DNA of 64,000 nucleotides from an uncultured Gammaproteobacteria bacterium (GTDB lineage Bacteria; Patescibacteriota; Microgenomatia; Woykebacterales; RBG-16-39-9b): NCBI GenBank assembly GCA_964367355.1, contig CAYIWY010000002.1, positions 71,296 to 135,295 of the forward strand, read 5' to 3'. Shown piece by piece: positions 57,110 to 64,000 of this stretch (position 1 is its first letter; each line of letters starts with the position of its first letter). The notes under the pieces were generated by a model. It saw only the letters and a program-made list of their open reading frames with translations, ran no database searches and was not told where the DNA came from. The position numbers and the translations under genes were made by a program.

Positions 57110-59827
57110 ATGAACGAAGATAATTTAATACCATCACCACAATCACCGCCAACTCCTGTCATAGAAGATGAGTTGCAAAATTTATCTCCTAATAACAATT
57201 ATAATGCGCCCAGCACAACTCGGAATTTTCCAGTTAGCGATCCAAATTTAAAACCATTGGAAGTAAATTTACCAAAAGATCTTCCAAACCCCACGCTTCA
57301 ACAAACTAAACCTGTCGGTTACTCTGCACCACCACCTTTGCAACCTTTGATACAGACCACAGAACAACCGCAAGTTTTCGTAAACCCCAATCCACCAATT
57401 CAAACTAATGTTAGTGGTATTCCAACTTCGGATAACCCTTTCGGTCTCAATCAAGGTGGGTCTAGCGTACCTCCACCCGAAACACCAAGCAATAATACGT
57501 TGCATAAATCACATTTTAATAAAAGTATTATCGCGGTTATCATTCTATTAATTTTATTTGTTGGTGGTGGTGGTTTTGTTCTCAATGAGTTTGTGTTGAA
57601 TAAAATAACCAATTTACAACTTATTTCCGAAAATTCACAATTTTACCTCACCTTGGCGGTTAAGAAAAATCCTCAATCTGAGATGGCAAAAACAACTATC
57701 AAAAAATTCCCTGGTGGGGACAGAATGCTAAAAGAATTTGATAAATACTATACCGAGTTCACGGGTACTGATCCAAAAAATGTTTTAAATGACTTAACTC
57801 AATACGCCAACACTGAACTTCTCTTCGCCCGCTCTACTCGTGCTAAAGATAACACCGATTATAGTGACAGATTGATTAATATTGTGGATTTATCAACAAG
57901 TAAGGAAGCAGCTATTAGTATAACAAACTTTGAGGACGACACGGCAACCTACAAAGTTACGAAAAGTGAATACAAGAACACAACACTTTACAGCGTTAAA
58001 CTTCTTTCAGAACAAAAACTTTATGAAGAACAACTTAAAAGTAGTCGATCACTTGACAACAGTCTTTCTACACCAAAACCACAATCCCGAATCGCAGTCA
58101 ATATTGATAAATACATTGTTTCTTCAGATAAAGAGGCGGATATAAAAATGGCAATTGATCTCTCCCAAGCTAAGAAAATATTTGGAATTTCGACTCCCAA
58201 CTCACCAAAGAGTATTCTCGATGCAGCTGACCACCAAAAAATTTCGAGTTTATTCCCCAAGGAAACTTTTCTGAAATTTTTTCAACGAGATCCTATAACT
58301 CCATATAGCACCAGTTATCCTTTCTTGAATTCATCTGTTTCCACCAGTGCCAATGGAGCAAAAACAGAGGCAAGAGAATTTAAAAAAATTACCCGTGGCT
58401 TAGATGTTGTTATTACAAATGACGGTGTTAAAGTCGATACCTTCTCACTTTCCAGCAACGTTTCTCCTAGTACTTTCAAGTTAAATCAAAGCTTGGCGAC
58501 AAAACTTCCCCAAAAATTTGCAGCTGTTGCACCCACTTTCTATTTTGAAACACGGGATGTTAAAGACCAATGGCAACAACAACTAAACACGGCAAACGAG
58601 TTAAAAGAATCGAAAAGCCGCTCACAAAGAGAACAGTTCACTGAGTTTCTTGATTCAAAAGACAAGATGAAAAAGTCCTATCAGGAAACATACGGAATTG
58701 ATTATGAAACTGACGTATTAAGTTGGTTGGATGGTCAAGTTGGATTTATCCTTAACGCCGGGAAAAGCAAAAAAGGTCCCGAATTACTTATTGTCGCAGA
58801 AATTAAAGAGCCAAAGAAAGTCGAAAATTCACTCAAAAAAATTAGTGTTAAAGACCCCTATGCAGAGGCAAATGACAGGATACGTCAAAGTAACTTACGA
58901 CAAATTATGACCGGGTTACAAGTTTATTATACGATGAATTATGAATACCCAACTTCTTTAGCTAAATTACAAACCACAGACAAATCTACTACCTACCTGA
59001 CGATTATCCCGAAAGATCCGGTAACTAAAAAGGACTACACGTACAGTCTGATTGCCGATAAACAAGATTTTTCTTTGTCTGCAAGTTTGGATAATGGCCA
59101 AACTATAACCTACGACAGCGATGCAACTGCTAAATTAACCGGAACAAAAAAAGATCTTAAGTCTTCTCCCAAACCAACAAGTTACAAAACTACTTCGATT
59201 TATCAATTGCCTATTTATTCATACAGCAATATAAAATACTCTTTCTACTTCACGGTAACGAGAAACAAAGCTGTTATCGCTTTTTCTGACAGTGATCAAT
59301 CACTTAAAGATATTATCGATTTTGAGGCTAAATCAACAAATACGTTATCAAAAAATTCGGCCTGGCAAAAACAGTTTGGAAAAATAAATGACAATGTAAA
59401 TGCTATTGCTTTTGTGGAACCAATCAACTTGATGGGTTTTATGGATTATCTAAAAGGTGCTTATCCGCAGTACAAAAGTGCTGGAGCCTATTACACAGGT
59501 GTTACTAATACTTACTTTGATGATATTGAAAAAATTGCCAAGGGTTATCTAAAAACGATTCCATCGATCGGAGCTGTAAGCGGGCAAAATAAAGATGTTG
59601 TCTATTCAAAGATTTTTGTTAATATCGTTGAGATTCCGAGTGCTGAGAAGAAATACGCTGAAGATGCGCTTGGAAGACTTTTAAAAACTGACGAATCCAA
59701 CCAATATAGATCTGTTCTCGGAATAAATTCTGAAACTACTTTTGATAAGGCAAAGAAAGATTGGAATAAATTCTTTAGTAAAAGCTTAAAACCTATCCTT
59801 GATCCCCAGAGAGCTTTATCCAATTGA
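57110..59827 (+). CDS. Large membrane-anchored protein (905 aa) with Pro-rich N-terminal region
   Basis: Pro/Gln-rich first 140 aa, a single TM (IIAVIILLILFVGGGGFVL), large extracytoplasmic body. Promoter-like TTGCAT-N18-TATAAT upstream. Confidence 0.65.
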   Translation: MNEDNLIPSPQSPPTPVIEDELQNLSPNNNYNAPSTTRNFPVSDPNLKPLEVNLPKDLPNPTLQQTKPVGYSAPPPLQPLIQTTEQPQVFVNPNPPIQTNVSGIPTSDNPFGLNQGGSSVPPPETPSNNTLHKSHFNKSIIAVIILLILFVGGGGFVLNEFVLNKITNLQLISENSQFYLTLAVKKNPQSEMAKTTIKKFPGGDRMLKEFDKYYTEFTGTDPKNVLNDLTQYANTELLFARSTRAKDNTDYSDRLINIVDLSTSKEAAISITNFEDDTATYKVTKSEYKNTTLYSVKLLSEQKLYEEQLKSSRSLDNSLSTPKPQSRIAVNIDKYIVSSDKEADIKMAIDLSQAKKIFGISTPNSPKSILDAADHQKISSLFPKETFLKFFQRDPITPYSTSYPFLNSSVSTSANGAKTEAREFKKITRGLDVVITNDGVKVDTFSLSSNVSPSTFKLNQSLATKLPQKFAAVAPTFYFETRDVKDQWQQQLNTANELKESKSRSQREQFTEFLDSKDKMKKSYQETYGIDYETDVLSWLDGQVGFILNAGKSKKGPELLIVAEIKEPKKVENSLKKISVKDPYAEANDRIRQSNLRQIMTGLQVYYTMNYEYPTSLAKLQTTDKSTTYLTIIPKDPVTKKDYTYSLIADKQDFSLSASLDNGQTITYDSDATAKLTGTKKDLKSSPKPTSYKTTSIYQLPIYSYSNIKYSFYFTVTRNKAVIAFSDSDQSLKDIIDFEAKSTNTLSKNSAWQKQFGKINDNVNAIAFVEPINLMGFMDYLKGAYPQYKSAGAYYTGVTNTYFDDIEKIAKGYLKTIPSIGAVSGQNKDVVYSKIFVNIVEIPSAEKKYAEDALGRLLKTDESNQYRSVLGINSETTFDKAKKDWNKFFSKSLKPILDPQRALSN

Positions 59828-60329
59828 GAGTGACTTCAGCAGCACGGTCGATCATCTTTTGTGCAATTTCTTTTTCTTCAGGCAAAAATTTATCTAAGAC
59901 GTGATCTGCTGTTTGCATTTGCGGATTTTGGGAATGTCCGATTCCCAAACGAAGTCGATGAAAAGCTTGCGACCCTAGATTTTTGATAATGGAATCGATC
60001 CCATTGTTGCCGGCACTACTTTTATCAAACTGGTGTTTGATTTCTCCAAGTTCAAAATCAACATCATCGTGAATCACCAACAAATTATTGAAATCAATTT
60101 TGTAAAAATTAACTGCTTGCACCACTGCCACTCCGGAAAGGTTCATGAAAGTTTGAGGTTTAAGTAAAATAAGGCCCGGCAATTTATAAATTATTGCTTG
60201 CATTTTTTGATTAATTTCTGGAGAAGATGCTTTATTCGCGACAATCTTATCAATCACCGCAAAACCAAGATTGTGCCGCGTGCCGGCATATTCTGCCCCA
60301 GGATTACCTAAACCTACGATTAATTTCAT
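59793..60329 (-). CDS. pth: Peptidyl-tRNA hydrolase
   Basis: MKLIVGLGNPGAEYAGTRHNLGF, active-site His context. Confidence 0.9.
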   Translation of the reverse strand: MKLIVGLGNPGAEYAGTRHNLGFAVIDKIVANKASSPEINQKMQAIIYKLPGLILLKPQTFMNLSGVAVVQAVNFYKIDFNNLLVIHDDVDFELGEIKHQFDKSSAGNNGIDSIIKNLGSQAFHRLRLGIGHSQNPQMQTADHVLDKFLPEEKEIAQKMIDRAAEVTLNWIKLSGDQG

Positions 60330-60398
60330 TGGTACAGCTTATCAGCAAAAGTAGCTTTTCGCAATTAACTTTATCCTATATGTTAGAATTATATAAAG

Positions 60399-60665
60399 AT
60401 GAGCACTAAGAAGAAATTAATTATCTCGAGTATTTTTATTATAATTTTTCTTTACGCACTATACTTCTTACTGTTGAGATTACCACTTATTAATGACTGT
60501 AGAAAAGATATTGCTAATGGTGATATTTGGGATCCTAAAACTGTTCAAAATTATCCAAATAACATAGTTAAATTTGAAAGAATGGGCGGAGTTACTTGGG
60601 AACAATGCCAGAAGATAAATAATGTAGTCAAATATCCATTTTATTATACTTGGATAATGATTTAA
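60399..60665 (+). CDS. Small membrane protein (88 aa)
   Basis: Complete ORF with an N-terminal TM. Confidence 0.4.
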   Translation: MSTKKKLIISSIFIIIFLYALYFLLLRLPLINDCRKDIANGDIWDPKTVQNYPNNIVKFERMGGVTWEQCQKINNVVKYPFYYTWIMI

Positions 60666-60773
60666 TAATAATTAATGCTCAAGACTAAGATGTATTCGCC
60701 CCAGGATTTACAAGTTCAACAATCATCTTCATGCAGTTAGTATAAACCATTTTAGCGTTTTTTACTTTTCCGA

Positions 60774-60788
60774 TTCAATCTATTGATA
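60774..60788 (-). promoter_or_regulatory. Third copy of the YerC-associated palindromic motif
   Basis: ttcaatctattgataaattgaaaca shares 23 nt with the 42.94 kb copy. Confidence 0.4.
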
Positions 60789-60850
60789 AATTGAAACAAT
60801 TGGTGAAAAAGGAAAGGCGTGATATTTAATTTATCACGCCTCAGCGATTC

Positions 60851-61360
60851 TTATTTCTTTAAAGCTTGATCGAAAATAGCCTGAAGCCCTCTTGATGATT
60901 CTTCTTGACGCTTTCTGAACGCACCTGATGGTCTTATGAAACGTAACTCAAGCGCCAGCCTAAAGAAAGCGTTCTTTGCAGTTTGTTTTACACTAAAAGG
61001 CTGCGACCCCGCTTCTTCGGCAACTTCTTTTATACTTCGCGGTTGCTTGCCGTCTGCCCCACTCAAACGAATCACCAGTTGTTGACGCTTCTGAGTAAGC
61101 AGAGCAAGTCCTATCCGCAAATCCTTTTCGGTTACTTTTTTCGGATCAAAATCGATGTATTTTGGATCAACACTTGCCAGAATAGCATCAATTATGAGCT
61201 TGGGATCAATACCCTTTTTGACACGTAGAATTTTCCCAGACCAAAGACTTGATGACTGCGATTTCATATTAAAACCACAACTCATGCAGTACTTGGCCTT
61301 TTTTGGATTCTTCCCTCTGCATTTCTTGCAGATTTGACCTATGGTTTTCCTGGCAACCAT
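60851..61360 (-). CDS. Zinc-ribbon + sigma-70 region-4-like HTH protein
   Basis: N-terminal CKKCRGKNPKKAKYCMSCG. C-terminal LTQKRQQLVIRLSGADGKQPRSIKEVAEEAG...AKNAFFRLALELR resembles sigma70 region 4. Confidence 0.45.
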   Translation of the reverse strand: MVARKTIGQICKKCRGKNPKKAKYCMSCGFNMKSQSSSLWSGKILRVKKGIDPKLIIDAILASVDPKYIDFDPKKVTEKDLRIGLALLTQKRQQLVIRLSGADGKQPRSIKEVAEEAGSQPFSVKQTAKNAFFRLALELRFIRPSGAFRKRQEESSRGLQAIFDQALKK

Positions 61361-61412
61361 AATACCCTCCTTTTCCTGAGTGTAATTATAGGGCTAGTGT
61401 CAAATTTTGGGA

Positions 61413-61874
61413 TTAGTTTAATTCTTCGAGGATTTGGTCTTCGAGCTTTTCCATGTCAAAAGCTTCGACTGGAATTTCGTGGTCGTAACCAAGTAGATGC
61501 AGAATTCCGTGGACCACTAGCAAATTGAGCATTTCATCGACCAGCATATTTTCTTTGGCGGCGCGAGCCAGAAGTTGTGGGTAAGAAATTATCACATCAC
61601 CGAGATTTAGATAACTCGGATCAGGCGGGTTGACAAATTTTGTTTTATTTTTACCTTCAAGTTCGAACGAAAAAGACAGTACATCAGTGGATTTATCTAT
61701 TCCACGAAATTCTTTGTTCAAAGCGCGCATTTTGCGGTCCCCAATGACAGACACGTCAAGCCGAACGTCACCCTTGACGTCCATTTTTTCTAACGTTTGT
61801 TTAGCTGCCTTGGTAATTTGTGAGCGTTTTAGCGGGTAGTGAGGCTCGATCGTGGCATTAACTAAAAATGCCAT
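61413..61874 (-). CDS. ybeY: rRNA maturation endoribonuclease YbeY
   Basis: HGILHLLGYDHE metal-binding motif. 153 aa. Confidence 0.9.
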   Translation of the reverse strand: MAFLVNATIEPHYPLKRSQITKAAKQTLEKMDVKGDVRLDVSVIGDRKMRALNKEFRGIDKSTDVLSFSFELEGKNKTKFVNPPDPSYLNLGDVIISYPQLLARAAKENMLVDEMLNLLVVHGILHLLGYDHEIPVEAFDMEKLEDQILEELN

Positions 61875-61879
61875 TTTCT

Positions 61880-62071
61880 TTATTCACCCCTACTTCGGCG
61901 GTTGTAAGCTACACGGGCACGTTCTTTTTTCTCGCGCTTGCGCACAACTGAGGGTTTTTCATAAAACTCACGCTTTTTGAGTTCGTTGAGAATACCGTCC
62001 GAAAGGACTTTTTTGTTGAATTTTCGAATTAATACCTCGACTGGTTCTCCAGCTTGGGCTCTAACTATGGT
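61880..62071 (-). CDS. rpsU: 30S ribosomal protein S21
   Basis: ...RKFNKKVLSDGILNELKKREFYEKPSVVRKREKK... Start inferred as TTG with SD GGAGGTG 9 nt upstream. The ORF-track extension overlaps the HIT gene. Confidence 0.8.
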   Translation of the reverse strand, partial: TIVRAQAGEPVEVLIRKFNKKVLSDGILNELKKREFYEKPSVVRKREKKERARVAYNRRSRGE

Positions 62072-62075
62072 CAAA

Positions 62076-62414
62076 TTAAAAAACACCTCCTGTTTCACAA
62101 AATTGGTCACCCAAAATATGCCAATGTAAATGCGGCACATGTTGGTGTTTACCACCATTGAAAAGTAACTGATAGCCGCCTTCCAATTTTTGATCCCTTA
62201 CTATTGTTTGTACCACTTCTGCCATTTTTGTCAACAGCAAAAATTGATTGCCACTTAAGTCTAAAAAGCTTTTTATGTGCGTCTTTGGTAATACCAATAA
62301 ATGTACTCTGGCTTTTGGATTTATGTCTGGAACTACGGTAACAAAATCGTCCTCGTAAATAACTTCAGCAGAAATCTTTCCCCCAACTATATTGCAAAAG
62401 AGACAGTCTTCCAT
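62076..62414 (-). CDS. HIT-family (histidine triad) protein
   Basis: HVPHLHWHIL histidine triad. 112 aa. Confidence 0.85.
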   Translation of the reverse strand: MEDCLFCNIVGGKISAEVIYEDDFVTVVPDINPKARVHLLVLPKTHIKSFLDLSGNQFLLLTKMAEVVQTIVRDQKLEGGYQLLFNGGKHQHVPHLHWHILGDQFCETGGVF

Positions 62415-62418
62415 TGAT

Positions 62419-63339
62419 TTAATCAGTCTTAACTAATTTTCTTAGGTTTTCTAAAATATTATACGGAATTTTTAGATAAAAATCAGTGAAACCCAAATCT
62501 TTTCCGGCACTGCCGAAATCATGAAAATCACTTCCCCCACTTACCGCCAGTTTCATCTTGGCGGCAACTTTTTCAAAATGCTCGACACACTTTTTGGTAT
62601 CGGCTTCGTTGTCCCGGTGGGCGTAAACTTCAATCCCATCAAGTCCAATTTTCACCAGGTCTTCAATCACTTTATCGTTAAAAATTAATTTCTTTCCGTC
62701 TTTTTCAGCTAAATTCCAACAGGGATGGGCTAAGATCGCTAACCCCCTTGCCTGATGAATCAAATCAATTGCCTCTTTCGGAGTGGCTGCCACCCTGGCT
62801 TCATAAGCTGGTCCACCAACTGTGAGATATTTTTGAATAAATTCACCGGTCTCCGGAATTTTTCCAAACTCCTCTCTCAGTTTTCCTTCGTTATCTTTCT
62901 TACCAATTACCAAAAAAGCGATGTGCGGCCCGGCGATTGTACCTTTAGCGAGTTTCTTAACTTCATTAAATTCAATCCTGTAACCAATTGCGTTAAGATT
63001 CTTGACAACTTTGCGACTTTTATCCTCACGCTCTTTTTGATAAAATTCCAGTTTTTTGCGCAGTTCCCGATCGCGAACATCAATGAAATAACCCAAAATG
63101 TGCAGATCACTAACATCACTGTTTTCATCTAGGTAAGCCGTCAATTCAATCGCTGGAATTACTTCGACACCGAGTTCCTTGCCTTTGAGCATAGCCACTT
63201 CAGTGGCGGCAATATTGTCGTGATCAGTCAGAGCGATTGCTTTCAAACCAATTTCCTTGGCTTTCACCACAAGCTGGTTTGGAGTCAAGCTTCCGTCTGA
63301 ATACATTGTATGTGTATGTAGGTCGATATTTCCTGCCAT
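62419..63339 (-). CDS. PHP-domain metal-dependent phosphoesterase
   Basis: DLHTHTMYSDGS and downstream His/Asp metal ligands. Confidence 0.8.
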   Translation of the reverse strand: MAGNIDLHTHTMYSDGSLTPNQLVVKAKEIGLKAIALTDHDNIAATEVAMLKGKELGVEVIPAIELTAYLDENSDVSDLHILGYFIDVRDRELRKKLEFYQKEREDKSRKVVKNLNAIGYRIEFNEVKKLAKGTIAGPHIAFLVIGKKDNEGKLREEFGKIPETGEFIQKYLTVGGPAYEARVAATPKEAIDLIHQARGLAILAHPCWNLAEKDGKKLIFNDKVIEDLVKIGLDGIEVYAHRDNEADTKKCVEHFEKVAAKMKLAVSGGSDFHDFGSAGKDLGFTDFYLKIPYNILENLRKLVKTD

Positions 63340-63430
63340 CGCGCTATTTTACTCTTTTTTCCGGTAAAAAACAACTCGTTCGCTTGGTTGTGGTAAAATA
63401 CGAGCAATCAGGAGTTAAAGGAGAAAGAAA

Positions 63431-63700
63431 ATGAGAGGGTTAAAACTGTATTTTGGTCTGGCAAGAACAGATTGGTTGGTCTTTCTGATGGGGACTCTTG
63501 GTCTTTTCATGACCAGTATCCCTTCATATCTTATTGCTCTTGATACCGGTAAGTTAAGCGATTGGATCGAGGCAATAAGTATCGACTTGGTGTTCTTCGT
63601 TGTATTAGTTTTCTGGTGTAAGAATATGACAAAGAAACGGGTGCAATTCCACGCCAAAGAAGCTAGAAGAAAGGAGTCTGACAATGATTTCGGGCAATAG
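63431..63700 (+). CDS. Small membrane protein (89 aa)
   Basis: Strong SD (AAAGGAGaaagaaaATG), 2 TM. Confidence 0.4.
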   Translation: MRGLKLYFGLARTDWLVFLMGTLGLFMTSIPSYLIALDTGKLSDWIEAISIDLVFFVVLVFWCKNMTKKRVQFHAKEARRKESDNDFGQ

Positions 63701-63974
63701 ATACTGGGGAGTTTATCCAGAATTGTGGCGGACAACAATCTGTCTCCCAGTTTTCTTAGCGTTAACTTTCATAGTCTTCCTTGTCTTTGGAAGCGTGCCT
63801 AATCTTGCCACTGATTGGGCCAAGCTACTCTGGAGCATTTTTTCTCTGGCGACTGTCTTTGCAATATTCTGGGTAGTTGCAAGATTAGTTTCGCTCGCCT
63901 GGGACCGCAGCAAACAAGGAATTGAGGACGAATTCGCGGCGAGAGAAAAAAAGTACCAGCAGGAACATAGCTGA
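63684..63974 (+). CDS. Small membrane protein (96 aa)
   Basis: SD AAGGAG. Overlaps the previous gene by 17 nt. 2 TM. Confidence 0.4.
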   Translation: MISGNRYWGVYPELWRTTICLPVFLALTFIVFLVFGSVPNLATDWAKLLWSIFSLATVFAIFWVVARLVSLAWDRSKQGIEDEFAAREKKYQQEHS

Positions 63975-64000
63975 TAAATAACCCCGCAGTAAAATTTACT

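Noticed and set aside
1-64000. CRISPR arrays, rRNA, tRNA, IS elements or integrases
   Set aside because: I saw no regularly spaced direct repeats, no rRNA-like conserved stretches, no T-arm (GGTTCGAATCC-like) signatures and no transposase or integrase motifs on reading. tRNA absence is not certain without tRNAscan.

Overview
The window is a gene-dense bacterial chromosomal segment. It has moderate GC with several GC-richer patches, many small membrane proteins and the standard genetic code. The lifestyle looks like a reduced-genome surface-attached or episymbiotic bacterium, possibly Patescibacteria/CPR-like; that placement is inference only.

Housekeeping genes I recognise:
- prmC, htrA and a C-terminal (tail-specific) protease
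- an rpsF-ssb-rpsR operon followed by ychF
- a P-type cation ATPase and a DEAD-box helicase
- cysS, recR, ybaB, dnaX and a short mfd
- pth, ybeY, rpsU, and HIT and PHP proteins

Accessory content:
- A cohesin/dockerin trio: one cohesin-bearing membrane anchor plus two paralogous dockerin-tailed surface proteins, each apparently with its own promoter and a near-leaderless start.
- Two paralogous giant secreted FN3-like repeat proteins with a C-terminal Rpf-like muralytic domain and poly-Gly and poly-Pro tracts.
- A copper homeostasis operon (csoR, Met-rich protein, cupredoxin, copA, membrane-cupredoxin, copZ) with a CsoR-box-like palindrome.
- A type IV pilus minor-pilin/PilN/PilO cluster.
- A PIN-domain toxin with a small upstream partner.
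- A YerC/TrpR-like regulator with a conserved palindromic operator found at three sites.
- A duplicated ~500 bp promoter-gene-terminator cassette encoding a 130-aa protein, and a separate ~100 bp 3' repeat shared by two unrelated genes.
- Several GC-richer cassettes of small unknown proteins, including a purC plus nucleoside-2-deoxyribosyltransferase-like pair.
- Two GC-rich, hairpin-dense non-coding regions that look like structured RNA genes of unknown class: ~36.19-36.51 kb with a consensus promoter and an intrinsic terminator, and ~45.86-46.72 kb.

I found no CRISPR array, no rRNA, no convincing tRNA, and no transposase or integrase.
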